Shown here one piece after another: positions 1-10,951 of a stretch of DNA of 64,000 nucleotides. The stretch lies in contig CAXXVO010000005.1 in NCBI GenBank assembly GCA_963422645.2, forward strand, positions 32,001 to 96,000. Reading direction: 5' to 3'. Within the stretch, counting starts at the first letter, position 1, and each line of letters starts with the position of its first letter. The DNA comes from Alphaproteobacteria bacterium. Its GTDB lineage: Bacteria > Pseudomonadota > Alphaproteobacteria > UBA828. The notes below the pieces were generated by a model. It ran no database searches and was not told where the DNA came from. It was given only the letters and a program-made list of their open reading frames with translations. The translations under genes and the position numbers were made by a program.

Positions 1-318
1 GGCCTCCTGGATCACCGCCGTCAGCGCCTTCCCGGCCATCCGCCTGGGCTCCGGGAAGCCGGGGAAGCAGCTCCCCTTGCGCAGCTTCGGGATCTTCAGC
101 TCGACCCTGCCGGCGCGGGTCTCCCGGACCCGGTCGCGGTAGCCGTTGCGATGGGTGATCCGCTCCGGCGAACGCTCGCCGTGAGCGGCGCCGGCAAGGC
201 CCTCGACCTCAAGCGCCATCAGCCGCTCGGCCGCAAAGCCGATCATCTCGCGGAGCAGGTCGGTGTCGGAGCTCTTCTCCAAAAGCCCTCGCAGGGTCAT
301 CATGTCGTTGGTGGTCAT
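1..318 (-). CDS. IS256-family (mutator-type) transposase, N-terminal part, runs off window
   Basis: Manual translation MTTNDMMTLRGLLEKSSDTDLLREMIGFAAERLMALEV...RNGYRDR..TRAGRVELKIPKLRKGS is typical of IS256; AGGAG RBS upstream. Confidence 0.9.
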   Translation of the reverse strand, partial: MTTNDMMTLRGLLEKSSDTDLLREMIGFAAERLMALEVEGLAGAAHGERSPERITHRNGYRDRVRETRAGRVELKIPKLRKGSCFPGFPEPRRMAGKALTAVIQEA

Positions 319-498
319 CGTGGTACTCCTCCGGTCGGGTGGACTGAGCAAGCCCAACCCTAAACCGGAACCGCGATGGCCTCCGCTGTGGATAAGCAGC
401 CCGCCGCCGCCAGACTCGCGGCGGTCGCTGCGGCGGGCTGCTTACCCACAGCTGCCAACGAAAGCCAAAGCTCCTGCACCACGTGTGGGGACACGACC
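1..498 (-). mobile_element. IS256-family element, left end
   Basis: Transposase plus upstream non-coding DNA; end position near 498 (GGTCGTGTCCCC on minus strand) is approximate. Confidence 0.65.
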
Positions 499-578
499 AT
501 AGGTTGTCCATCCGGGACCGAATCTCGGAAGCTGATGGGTGATGAAATCCTGTCAACGAACCGAGTAGAGAGCCCCGG

Positions 579-1494
579 ATGAACGTTCATAAGAATGCAA
601 AACTCGCGCCACGCGGTCGAGCCGAGATCGTGCGACGGGTCATCGACCAGGGGCAGACCCCGACGTCCGTGGCCACGGACGTCGGGGTTTGCGAGCGCAC
701 CGTACGCAAGTGGGTCGCGCACTTCCGGGCCGAGGGAAGCCAAGGCCTGCAGGACCGCTCGTCACAACCGCATAAGTTGCGCCGGCCGACGCCCGCGCCG
801 GTGGTCCGCCAGATTGCCGCACTACGCCGGCAAGGGTGTACCGGCGCGCAGATCGCAGCTCAACTCGGCGTCTCCACCGCCACCGTCAGCCGTGTCCTCA
901 GGCGCCTCGGCCTCAACCGCCTGAGCGCGCTCGAGCCGGCCCCGAGCCGGTCCGGCGCTACGAGCGCGAGCACCCCGGTGAGCTCATCCACAGCGACATC
1001 AAGAAGCTCGGCCGCTTCGACCGCCCCGGACATCGCGTCACCGGCGATCGCACCGGCCAAAGCAACTCACGCGGCATCGGATGGGAGTATCTGCACGTCT
1101 GCATCGACGACCACTCCCGTGTCGCCTTCAGCCAGATCATGCCCGACGAGAAGAAGGAGAGCGCCACCGCCTTCCTCAAGGCCGCCCTCGACTACTACAA
1201 GAGCCTCGGCGTCAGCGTCAGCCGCGTCATGACCGACAACGGATCCTGCTACAAGGCCTTCGCCTTCCGCGACGCTTGCCGAACCCTCGGCCTCAAGCAC
1301 ATCCGGACCAGGCCATACACGCCAAAGACCAACGGCAAGGCCGAGCGCTTCATCCAGACCGCCCTGCGCGAATGGGCCTACGCACGTGCCTGCCGGAACT
1401 CAGGCCAACGCGCACAGCAGCTGCCGCACTAGCTCCACCGATACAACTGGCACAGGCCTCACGGTAGCTTGAAGGCTAATACGCCCATCAGCCG
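579..1494 (+). pseudogene. IS481-family transposase, frameshifted (~950), premature TAG (1430-1432), 3'-truncated
   Basis: MNVHKNAKL..., RRYEREHPGELIHSDIKKLGR, VMTDNGSCY, RPYTPKTNGKAERFIQT motifs split over ORFs 579..1232 and 836..1432. Confidence 0.9.
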
Positions 1495-2576
1495 GCGCGG
1501 AAGGCGCCGATGCAGCCGACTCGAAAACTCTCCTCCTGCGCGAGCTTGCCGGGATAGATCACGAAGCCGCGCTCCGCGAGCCGGTCGTAGAACGCCTGGA
1601 ACTGCCAGGCGGGATCGGCCGGCGCGCGGAAGGTCACGATGATCGGGGCCTGGACGGCATCGCCCAGCAGCGTCTCGAAGCCGAGGCCGCGCATGCCCTC
1701 CACCAGGGTGCGGCAGTTCTCCCAGTAGCGGGCGAAGCGGCCGGCGACACCGCCTTCGTCGTCGAGCGCATCCAAAGCCCGGTCGAGCGCCGCGAGGATG
1801 TGGGTCGGCGGCGTGAAGCGCCACTGGCCGTTGGCCTCCAGACCCGCCCATTGCGCGTGCAGATCGAGGCTCACGGCGTGGGCGTTGTCGGCGCAGCCCG
1901 AGAGGTGGTCGGCCCGCACGATGACGAAACCGACGCCGGGCGCGCCTTCCAGGCACTTGTTGGCGGACGCCGCGAGGCTCGTGAGCGGCAACCGAGCGAG
2001 GTCGACGGGGATGCCGCCGAAGGAGCTCATGGCATCGACGTGCAGCCGGCGCCCGGCTTCGCTCACGGCAGCGGCGAGATCGGCGAGTGGATTGAGAATC
2101 CCGGTCGTGGTCTCGCAGTGGACCAGCGCGACATCGGTGATGTCGGGCTCGGCCGCGAGCCGCTCGGCAAGTGCCGCCGCTCTCCTGGGCGGCTCGGTCT
2201 CGCCGGTCTCCAGCACGCTATGGGCGCGGCCCGCGCGGCGGCAGATCTCCGCCATGCGCCGGCCGTAGGCGCCGTTGACGAGAATTAGCAGCCGGCCGTC
2301 GCGCGGGACCAGCGTGCCGAGCTGAGCCTCCACGGCGAAGGTGCCGCTGCCTTGCATCGGCACGCAGGTGAAGGCCTCGCCGGCGTTGGCGAGCGCGAGC
2401 AGGCGTCGGCGCACGCGCGCGGTGAGTTCGATGAACGCGGGGTCGCGCGAGCCCCAGTCGCGGTCCATGGCCGCGCGGGTCTCGGGTCGGGTGGTGAGCG
2501 GGCCGGGAGTGAGGAGGACAGTCCCGGCACCCCCGCCGGCTCCGCCCTCAGCGGGCGGCGGCACGGCCGAGGGCAT
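1488..2576 (-). CDS. phnW: 2-aminoethylphosphonate-pyruvate transaminase, C-terminus truncated at the IS481 junction
   Basis: LLTPGPLTT, DWGSRD, MQGSGTFAVE, VHCETTTG, DAMSSFGG, SANKCLEG (PLP Lys), QWRFTPPTH. Confidence 0.9.
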   Translation of the reverse strand: MPSAVPPPAEGGAGGGAGTVLLTPGPLTTRPETRAAMDRDWGSRDPAFIELTARVRRRLLALANAGEAFTCVPMQGSGTFAVEAQLGTLVPRDGRLLILVNGAYGRRMAEICRRAGRAHSVLETGETEPPRRAAALAERLAAEPDITDVALVHCETTTGILNPLADLAAAVSEAGRRLHVDAMSSFGGIPVDLARLPLTSLAASANKCLEGAPGVGFVIVRADHLSGCADNAHAVSLDLHAQWAGLEANGQWRFTPPTHILAALDRALDALDDEGGVAGRFARYWENCRTLVEGMRGLGFETLLGDAVQAPIIVTFRAPADPAWQFQAFYDRLAERGFVIYPGKLAQEESFRVGCIGAFRAG

Positions 2577-4215
2577 CCAGGGCTTCGGGCGTATCCACGT
2601 CGATGGTCACGGAGTGATCGGGGCTCTCGATCTCGTACACCGCGTCCGCATGGTCGCCGATCAGGTGGCGCGCCCCGACATCGCCCGAGAGGTTCCGCAT
2701 CTCGCCGAAGAAGCGCGCCGCCCAGAGAACGGGATTGCCGCGCTTGCCGCGATAGGTCGGCACGCCGATGGCGCGGCCCTCCAGCGGGTCGAAGCCCGCG
2801 ATCAGCCGGTCGATCAGGTCCGCCGAGGTGCGCGGCATGTCGCCGAGGCAGACCACGGCACCGTCGATCCCGGGGGCGCGCGCGGGGTCGAGCACTTCGA
2901 TGCCGCAATGGAGCGAGCTGCTCATGCCCTCGGCGTAGTCGGGATTGTGCGTGAAAGTCACATCGAGCCCGTCGAGCGCCGCTTGCACGCGATCGGCCTG
3001 GTGGCCGGTCACGACGACCACCGGCGCGGCCTTGGATGCGAGCGCGGCGGCCGCGACGCGGCGCACCATCGGCTCGCCGTCGACCTCGATCAGGAGCTTG
3101 TTGAGCGCGCCCATGCGGCGCGACTGCCCGGCGGCGAGCACCACCGCCGCGATGCGTAGCGGCGCTGCGGGGGCCACCGCCTCGTCCTTGCGTTCCGCGC
3201 TGCGCGGCGAGGCGCGGTTACGGGGCAAGGGCCGGCTCGGGATCTCCATCAGCAGGCCGCCCGCCCCCATGCGCATGATGTCGGAGGCGGTGATATCGAC
3301 GCCCGCGAAGATGCGCTGCAGCACCCAGTCGAAGCCGTTGAGCTTGAGCGAGCGGGCGCAGCCGGGGAGCCCGAGCACCCGCGCCTTGCCGAGACGCGCC
3401 AGGAGCAGGAGATTGCCGGGGTCCACCGGCATCCCGAAATGGTCGATGGCTCCGCCCGCCTCCACGACCGCTGCCGGCACCACGTCGCGGCGGTCCACGA
3501 TGGCGGACGCGCCTGCGATGAGGATGATGTCGCAACCCTTGCCGTGAAGTTGGCCCACCGCCTCCGCCACTTCGGCGCGGCTGTGGGCGCAGCGGACCTC
3601 GGCGGAGAGCACGCCGTCGAGCTGGGCTAGACGCGTCGCGACCGCGCCCGTGGTCGAATCGAGCACGCTCTCCCGCATCCCCGGCAGGCGGGTCTGGATC
3701 AGACCGACCGAGCGCGCCTCAAGCGGCGCGAGGCGCAGCATCGGCCCGCCCTCTTCCGCGATCTCCACGCAGCGATCGACGACCGCGCGCGCGGCGGCGA
3801 AGGGGATGACCTTGACCGTCGCCACCATCTGGCCTGCTTCGACCAGGGCGTGGGGTGCCACGGTGCCAAGCGTCATGGCCTCGTCGAGGAGGTTGAGCCG
3901 GTCCACCCGCTCATCGTCGATGAGGGCGAGCCCGTGGCCTTCGGCGAAGATGTTGCAGCGGCCGGTGAAGGCCTTGCCGAGCGTGAGCCCCGGCCCGGCG
4001 ACCGCGCGCGCGACGGCTTGCGCAGCCTCGTCCTCGCCCACGTCGTCGGGCTCCAGCCGCGCGCCGGAGACGGTCTCGATCTTCGCGGCCAGCAGCGTCT
4101 GGATGTCCTCTGCGGAGAGCACGCGCCCCTTCTTGAAGGCGCCGCCGGGCAGGCGGACGCTGTGGCCGAGGATCAGCCCTTGCGCCTCCGCGACCGGGAC
4201 GTCGCCGAAGATCAT
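2548..4215 (-). CDS. Molybdopterin-binding domain / MocA-like nucleotidyltransferase fusion
   Basis: GMPVDPGNLL and GLPGCARS (MoeA-like), then VLAAGQSRRMG, LGDMP, GNPVLW, GDVGAR, DVDTPEAL (NTP transferase). Confidence 0.88.
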   Translation of the reverse strand: MIFGDVPVAEAQGLILGHSVRLPGGAFKKGRVLSAEDIQTLLAAKIETVSGARLEPDDVGEDEAAQAVARAVAGPGLTLGKAFTGRCNIFAEGHGLALIDDERVDRLNLLDEAMTLGTVAPHALVEAGQMVATVKVIPFAAARAVVDRCVEIAEEGGPMLRLAPLEARSVGLIQTRLPGMRESVLDSTTGAVATRLAQLDGVLSAEVRCAHSRAEVAEAVGQLHGKGCDIILIAGASAIVDRRDVVPAAVVEAGGAIDHFGMPVDPGNLLLLARLGKARVLGLPGCARSLKLNGFDWVLQRIFAGVDITASDIMRMGAGGLLMEIPSRPLPRNRASPRSAERKDEAVAPAAPLRIAAVVLAAGQSRRMGALNKLLIEVDGEPMVRRVAAAALASKAAPVVVVTGHQADRVQAALDGLDVTFTHNPDYAEGMSSSLHCGIEVLDPARAPGIDGAVVCLGDMPRTSADLIDRLIAGFDPLEGRAIGVPTYRGKRGNPVLWAARFFGEMRNLSGDVGARHLIGDHADAVYEIESPDHSVTIDVDTPEALDALGRAAAR

Positions 4216-4225
4216 GGCGCGGAAA

Positions 4226-4936
4226 TCACTTGCTCTTGCCCTCGGGCGGCTGCCGGCGCACCTGCGTCACCTCGGCCATGATCGAGACCGCGATCTCGGC
4301 TGGGGAGCGCGCGCCGATGGCGAGCCCGATGGGGGCGTGGATGCGGCCGAGCTCGTCGTCGGAAAAACCTTTCTCGCGCAGGCGCTCCAGCCGCTTGCCG
4401 TGGGTCCGGCGGCTGCCCAGCGCGCCGATGTAGAAGACCGGCGCACGCACCGCGACCTCCAGCGCGGGGTCGTCGATCTTGGGGTCGTGGGTCAGCGTCA
4501 CCACGGCGGTGCGGTGATCCGGCACGAGCCGGTTCAGCGCGTCGTCGGGCCACTCGATCGAGACCTCGATGGCGGGGAAGCGCGCATCGTCGGCGAAGGC
4601 GCGGCGCGGATCGCAGACGATCACGGAATAGCCTGCGGCCTCGGCCATCCCCGCCAAGGCCTGCGTGATGTGGACGGCGCCGACGATGACCATGCGCGCC
4701 GGCGGGTTGTGGACGTGGACGAACCAGGTCTCGCCCCCCTCCTCCACCTGCCGGCTCCGGTCGGCGCGGAGGGCGTGCCGCGCCGCCTCCGCCGTCGCGT
4801 CGGGCAGCGCATCGCCCGCGGTCGCGCCGTCGGCGTAGACCAGCGCCTGCGCGCCACCGTCGAGAGCGGTGACGAGGGCGACCGCGCGGTCGGCGGCGCG
4901 GTCGCCGTTCAGCCGGTCGAGAATTTCGCGGCGCAT
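4226..4936 (-). CDS. XdhC/CoxF-family molybdoenzyme chaperone, C-terminal module
   Basis: IVGAVHI, LTHDPKIDD, YIGALGSRRTH, IHAPIGL..GARSPAEIAVSI. Confidence 0.9.
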   Translation of the reverse strand: MRREILDRLNGDRAADRAVALVTALDGGAQALVYADGATAGDALPDATAEAARHALRADRSRQVEEGGETWFVHVHNPPARMVIVGAVHITQALAGMAEAAGYSVIVCDPRRAFADDARFPAIEVSIEWPDDALNRLVPDHRTAVVTLTHDPKIDDPALEVAVRAPVFYIGALGSRRTHGKRLERLREKGFSDDELGRIHAPIGLAIGARSPAEIAVSIMAEVTQVRRQPPEGKSK

Positions 4937-4946
4937 CGCTATCCGC

Positions 4947-5279
4947 TCACTCGACCCGTTCGACCAGCACGCGAACGGTGCCGCCGCAGGCGAGCCCAAC
5001 CTCCCACGCCTGCTCGTTGGAGACGCCGAACTCGAGCACGCTTGGCCGGCCTGCGCCCATGACCTTGCGTGCTTCCTCGATCACGGCGCCCTCGATGCAG
5101 CCGCCGGAGACGGAACCCTCGAAGCGTCCGTCGCCATCGGCGACGAGCTGGCTTCCGACCGGGCGGGGCGACGAGCCCCAGGTCGCGATGACGGTGGCGA
5201 GCGCCACCTCCTTGCCCTCGTCGCGCCAGCGGGCGGCGGTGCCCAGAATATCCTCTCTTCCGGCCTCTTCCGGGTTCAT
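4947..5279 (-). CDS. XdhC/CoxI-family N-terminal module
   Basis: LATVIATWGSSPRPVGS, GSVSGGCIEG, AWEVGLACGG. Confidence 0.9.
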   Translation of the reverse strand: MNPEEAGREDILGTAARWRDEGKEVALATVIATWGSSPRPVGSQLVADGDGRFEGSVSGGCIEGAVIEEARKVMGAGRPSVLEFGVSNEQAWEVGLACGGTVRVLVERVE

Positions 5280-5327
5280 CCGGCTTCCCTCCCTCACTAT
5301 GCCGAAACGCGGGGCAGCGGGCGCCCC

Positions 5328-6254
<927 letters not shown>

Positions 6255-6255
6255 C

Positions 6256-6723
6256 TCAAGAACTTTCCTCGGAAAGACGCTCGATCAGATCGGCGATCGC
6301 CCCCGGCTTGTCAAGGCGAAACGCCGGCCGGCGGCCATCCTCGGCCAGCACCCTGAGTGCCCGGCCGGGCTCGCAGCCGGTGCCACTCTCGACCGTGAGC
6401 CGCGGCGCCGCGTGGTCGTCGAAACCCAGCGCGAGCACAACCTCCGCGTCATCCGCGAGCGCCGAGAGTGCGTCCCTTCGCGGGGATACCGGCGGGTCGT
6501 TGCGGTGCACGCGCGCCCAACGCCGGCCGGAGACCACGACGACATCGCGGGCACCGGCGGCTGAATGCTCGTAGCTGTCCTTGCCCGGTGCGTCGATGGC
6601 GAGCGGGTCCGGGCTCGCCGCGATCACGGCGACCCGCCGCCCGCGCCCGGTCAGCGTCTCGATCAGCTGCGTCGCCATCGCGTCCCGCTCCTCGGCAGGC
6701 CCGGCAATCGCCACCACCACCAC
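6256..6723 (-). CDS. MobB-like molybdopterin-guanine dinucleotide biosynthesis protein (degenerate)
   Basis: IDAPGKDSYEH..AGA motif; P-loop degenerate. Confidence 0.6.
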   Translation of the reverse strand: MVVVAIAGPAEERDAMATQLIETLTGRGRRVAVIAASPDPLAIDAPGKDSYEHSAAGARDVVVVSGRRWARVHRNDPPVSPRRDALSALADDAEVVLALGFDDHAAPRLTVESGTGCEPGRALRVLAEDGRRPAFRLDKPGAIADLIERLSEESS

Positions 6724-6730
6724 GCGCGGC

Positions 6731-7513
6731 TCAGATCACGCCGGTGAACACGAGGATGAGCACCACGGCGACGACCACCACCGCCGCCGCCCAGGCCGCG
6801 GTGGGAAGCCCTTTGCGCTGCACCGCCGCCGGGAGCGGCGGACCTGCATCCGCTGCTGGGGCGCCTTCCGGCGGAGCGTCGGCAGGCGGCGCGGTTGGCT
6901 CCGGCGATGCCGGGGCGGGATCGGGCAAAGGCGCGGGCTCTGCGGACGGTGGAACGGACTCGGCGGGCTTGGCAGCCTCGGTTTCCGGGGCGGGGTCGGG
7001 CGAAGGCGCGGGCTCGTCGGGCGCGGCGGCCGCGGCTTCCTGGGCAGGCTGGGCGGCGGTCTCCGCGTTCTCGCCACCGCCGAGCTTCTCGGCGAGCTTG
7101 TCGAAGAACTGCTTGGCGAGCTTTTTCGCCGTCGAATCGATGAGGCGCGAGCCGATCTGCGCGAGCTTGCCGCCGACCTTCGCATCGACGTCGTACTGCA
7201 CCACCGTCGCGCCCTCTTCCGCCACCAGCTTGACCTTGGCCTCGCCGGAGGCGAAGCCGGCAGTACCGCCCTGCCCCTGACCCGAGATTGTGTAACCGTT
7301 GGGCGGATCGAGGTCGGAGAGGGTGACTCCGCCCTTGAAGGTCGCCTTGACCGGCCCGACCTTGATGACCAGCGTCGCGGCCATCTCGGTGTCGGAGGTC
7401 TTCTCGATCTCCTGACAGCCGGGCAAGCACTCCTTCAGGACCTCGGTGTCGTTGAGCGCGCGCCACACCGTTTCCCGATCGGTCGGGACCTGGAACTCGC
7501 CCTTCATCTTCAT
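6731..7513 (-). CDS. CoxG/SRPBCC-family protein with Pro/Ala linker and C-terminal membrane anchor
   Basis: VWRALND.EVLKECLPGC, KVGPVKATFKG, VGGKLAQIGSRLID. Confidence 0.9.
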   Translation of the reverse strand: MKMKGEFQVPTDRETVWRALNDTEVLKECLPGCQEIEKTSDTEMAATLVIKVGPVKATFKGGVTLSDLDPPNGYTISGQGQGGTAGFASGEAKVKLVAEEGATVVQYDVDAKVGGKLAQIGSRLIDSTAKKLAKQFFDKLAEKLGGGENAETAAQPAQEAAAAAPDEPAPSPDPAPETEAAKPAESVPPSAEPAPLPDPAPASPEPTAPPADAPPEGAPAADAGPPLPAAVQRKGLPTAAWAAAVVVVAVVLILVFTGVI

Positions 7514-7551
7514 GGCCGCATCGCTCCCTGCCGCGCAGGCGTTCAGCGCCG

Positions 7552-9246
7552 CTAAACGTAGTAGATGACCAGGCAGGCGCCAAGCAGCACCAGGATCCAG
7601 AGCGCGGCGGCACCGGTCGGCCAGGTGCGCGCCAGCACCCCGCCCGGCCTGTGCTGCTGCGCGACCAGGAAGAAGAGGCGATCGAGGTCGCGTGCGAATT
7701 GTTCCCGAACGAGCCCGGCGAGGACGGCCGCCGCACCCTCGACACGGCGCGCGGCGCCCGGCAGCAGGCGCCGGTAGAGCCAGTCGCTGTCGATGTTCAC
7801 CGAGCGCAGCTCGGGCGGATAGAGCCTGACCAGGTTGAGAAAGACGAAGGCCAAGGCAGAGAAGAACAGGAGCTGGACCTGCACGAGCACATGGCTGCCG
7901 GTGTAGGGCACATAGTCCACCGGGTAGGGCAGCAGCGAATAGAGCCACGCCGGATAGCAGCCGATGACGATGCAGAGGATCGCCGCCATCGCCATGGCGA
8001 TCCGCATGTTGAGCGGCGGCTCGCGGGTGCGGATGCCGCTGTCGTGGGCGAAGAAGGCGAAGTAGGGAATCTTGATGCCGGCATGGTGGAAGACGCCGGC
8101 GGAGGCGAAGAGCAGCAGGATCCAGACGATCCAGTAGCCCTCGGCCGCCGCCGCGCTCATCACCATCGACTTGCTGACGAAGCCCGAGAAGAGCGGGAAG
8201 GCGGAGATCGACGCCGCGCCCACGATGCAAAGCCCGGTCGTCTGCGGCATCGACTTGTAGAGCCCGCCAAGCTCCGAGCCGTTGATCTTGCCGGTCTGGT
8301 GCAGCACCGCGCCCATCGACATGAGCAGCAAGCCCTTGAAGATCACGTCGTTGAAAGCGTGGGAGACGGCGCCGTTGAGCGCGAGCGACGTACCGATGCC
8401 GATGCCCACCACCATGAAGCCGATCTGGTTTATCATGCTGTAGGCGAGCACGCGGCGGAGGTCGTTCTCGATCACGGCATAGAAGATGGGGAACGCGGTC
8501 ATCGCCGTGCCGATGGGGATCAGCACCTCGGTGCCGGCATAGCCGCGCGCGAGCGCGTAGACAGCGAGCTTGGTCGTGAACGCGCTGAGAAACACCATGC
8601 CGGTCGGCGTCGATTCAGGGTACGCGTCGGTGAGCCAGGTGTGCACCAGCGGGAAGCCGCACTTGATCCCGAAGGCGACGAAGATCAGCACGCCGCCAAG
8701 GCTGTCGATCCCGATATGCCCGAAAGCGCTGGAGCCGGTGGCGCCGATCACGATGATCGCGCCGCCCAGCAGCAGGAGGCCGGAGACCAGCTGGAACACC
8801 AGGTAGCGCATGGCGGCGCGCACCGCCCGGGGCTCGCGCCGGGCGAGGATCAGCAGCACCGAGCCGAGCGTCGCCCCCTCCCAGAAGATGACCAGGCTGA
8901 TGAGGTCGCCGGTGAACACCGCGCCGAGCGCGGAGCCCGCGTAGAGCAGCATGCCGGCCTGCTGCAGGCGGTCCCGCACGTGGAAGGCGAAGATCGCACC
9001 GAGGAATGCCGCGATATGGAAGAGGAGGCCGAAGAGCAGGCTGAGCAAATCGGCGCGCAGCAGGGTGAGCCGCGTGTCGAGCAGGGGGACCTCGAGCCCG
9101 CCTGCGCCGTTCCACACGAACCAGAGATTGATCCCGCCGAGCAAGGGGACGGCAGGCAGCAGGAGACGGCGCACGCCCACCGGCAGCAGCAGGACGAGCA
9201 CTGCTGCGACGAGGAAGATAAAGGCGGGCGGAATGCTACTCGTCAT
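7552..9246 (-). CDS. Mrp/Mnh Na+/H+ antiporter subunit D-like (large)
   Basis: Polytopic; HTWLTDAYPE, FLSAFTTK, LAYSMINQ, AFPLFSGFVSK. Confidence 0.88.
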   Translation of the reverse strand: MTSSIPPAFIFLVAAVLVLLLPVGVRRLLLPAVPLLGGINLWFVWNGAGGLEVPLLDTRLTLLRADLLSLLFGLLFHIAAFLGAIFAFHVRDRLQQAGMLLYAGSALGAVFTGDLISLVIFWEGATLGSVLLILARREPRAVRAAMRYLVFQLVSGLLLLGGAIIVIGATGSSAFGHIGIDSLGGVLIFVAFGIKCGFPLVHTWLTDAYPESTPTGMVFLSAFTTKLAVYALARGYAGTEVLIPIGTAMTAFPIFYAVIENDLRRVLAYSMINQIGFMVVGIGIGTSLALNGAVSHAFNDVIFKGLLLMSMGAVLHQTGKINGSELGGLYKSMPQTTGLCIVGAASISAFPLFSGFVSKSMVMSAAAAEGYWIVWILLLFASAGVFHHAGIKIPYFAFFAHDSGIRTREPPLNMRIAMAMAAILCIVIGCYPAWLYSLLPYPVDYVPYTGSHVLVQVQLLFFSALAFVFLNLVRLYPPELRSVNIDSDWLYRRLLPGAARRVEGAAAVLAGLVREQFARDLDRLFFLVAQQHRPGGVLARTWPTGAAALWILVLLGACLVIYYV

Positions 9247-9478
9247 AGTGGTCCTCGCGCCGCATCACGAGCTTGCGCAGCTCCTTCGCGGCGAGAACGA
9301 GAACGACGCAGGCGATGAAGCCGAAGAAACCGTAGAAGCCGAACCAGCCCTCCCAGAAGAACTCCTCGTGCCGGTGGAAGCCCGCGTCGATCACCAGCAC
9401 GCCGACGCAGAGCGCCGCGAAGAGCCAGATGAGCCGCATCACGTTGCGGCGTTCGTCGAGCCAATATTTCTTCTTCAT
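9236..9478 (-). CDS. Small two-helix membrane protein of the Mrp operon
   Basis: Hydrophobic; GFYGFFGF..C, LVMRREDHY; coupled to neighbouring genes. Confidence 0.75.
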   Translation of the reverse strand: MKKKYWLDERRNVMRLIWLFAALCVGVLVIDAGFHRHEEFFWEGWFGFYGFFGFIACVVLVLAAKELRKLVMRREDHYDE

Positions 9479-9487
9479 GGCAATGCC

Positions 9488-10951
9488 TTAGCGGATAGCC
9501 CCAAGCGGCTCCACGAGCGTGAGCAGGGCCTGCGGGTAGAAGAAGAGCGCGGCCGTGCCGAGCGCCGCCACCAGGGTCGCCGCGAGGATCGGCCAGGGTG
9601 CTTCGGCGCGGCCGGGCGCCACCGGCAAGCCCGAGGCCGGGAAGAAGGCGCGGACGAGAATGGGCACGAAGTAGAGCGCGTTCAGCAAGGAGCTGCCGAG
9701 CAGTACTGCGATCACGGCGATGTGGCTGCCTTCGTCGGCGCCCGCCACCAGGTACCACTTGCTCCAAAGCGCGGCGAAGGGCGGCAGCCCGATCAGGCCG
9801 AGCGCGCCCACGGCGAACGCGCCCATGGTCACGGGCATGCGGTAGCCGATGCCGTCGAGCTCGCTCACCAGCCGCTTGTGGGCCGCGGTGTAGATCGCGC
9901 CCGCGCAGAAGAAGAGCGTGATCTTGCCGAAGGCGTGGGTGGCGATGTGCATGGCGCCGCCGACGACGCCGGCGCTGGTTGCGAGCGCGCCTCCCAGCAC
10001 CACGTAGGAGAGCTGGCTCACGGTCGAATAGGCGAGGCGGCGCTTCAGATCGTCCTGACGCAGCGCGATCAGCGAGGCGATCACGATGGTCGCGGATGCG
10101 ACCGCGATGAGCCATTCGCTGCCCGCCATCGCGCGCAGGAAGTCGATGCCGAAGATGTAGACAATAACCTTGAGCACCGTGAAGACGCCGGCCTTCACCA
10201 CCGCGACGGCGTGCAGGAGCGCGCTCACCGGTGTCGGCGCCACCATCGCCGCCGGCAGCCAGCCGTGGAGCGGCATGAGCGCCGCCTTGCCGATGCCGAA
10301 CATGTAGAGAACCAGCAGAACGGCGGCGGTGCGCTCGCTGACCGCGCCGGCGAGAATCCCGCCCATCTGGAAATCGAGCGTCCCCGCCTCCACCCAGGTC
10401 CAGAGGATCGCAAAGAGCTGCAGAACGATCGAGGTGGAGAGCAGGATGCCGAGATAGGTCCTGCCGGCGCGGCGTGCCTCCTCGGTACCGCTATGGGTTA
10501 CCAGCGGATAGGTGGAAAGCGTCAGCGCCTCGTAGAAGAGGAAGAGCGTGAACATGTTGCCAGCGAAGGCGATGCCGATGGCGCTCGCGAGCGCGGCCGC
10601 GAAGCAGACGTAGTAGCGGGTGCGGTGCTCCTCCTGGTTGGCGCGGACGTAGCCGATGGAATAGACCGTCGTCGCGATCCAGAGAAACGACGCGATCAGC
10701 GCGAAGAGCATGCCGAGGGGCTCGAGCGCAAACGCGATGGGGAGCCCCGGCACGATGTCGAAGAGCGCGACCCGGGGCGCGCCGCCCGCCGCAACCGCCG
10801 GTGCGAGAGAAAGGACAAGGCCGAAGAGCGCGACGGCGGTGACGACGGAGACCGCTTCCTGCAGCACAGGCCACCGCGCGGTCGCCCAGATCAGGAACGC
10901 GCCTGCGATTGGCACCGCGAGCGCCGCCAGGATTTGCGCGGCGTGGCTCAT
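9488..10951 (-). CDS. Mrp antiporter subunit D family
   Basis: HGWLPAAMVAPTPVSALLHAVAVVKAG, LAYSTVSQL. Confidence 0.9.
   Translation of the reverse strand: MSHAAQILAALAVPIAGAFLIWATARWPVLQEAVSVVTAVALFGLVLSLAPAVAAGGAPRVALFDIVPGLPIAFALEPLGMLFALIASFLWIATTVYSIGYVRANQEEHRTRYYVCFAAALASAIGIAFAGNMFTLFLFYEALTLSTYPLVTHSGTEEARRAGRTYLGILLSTSIVLQLFAILWTWVEAGTLDFQMGGILAGAVSERTAAVLLVLYMFGIGKAALMPLHGWLPAAMVAPTPVSALLHAVAVVKAGVFTVLKVIVYIFGIDFLRAMAGSEWLIAVASATIVIASLIALRQDDLKRRLAYSTVSQLSYVVLGGALATSAGVVGGAMHIATHAFGKITLFFCAGAIYTAAHKRLVSELDGIGYRMPVTMGAFAVGALGLIGLPPFAALWSKWYLVAGADEGSHIAVIAVLLGSSLLNALYFVPILVRAFFPASGLPVAPGRAEAPWPILAATLVAALGTAALFFYPQALLTLVEPLGAIR

Noticed and set aside
6731-8230. 499-aa ORF as a long CoxG
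   Set aside because: The N-terminal part is an alternative frame over the Mrp gene; CoxG starts at 7513.
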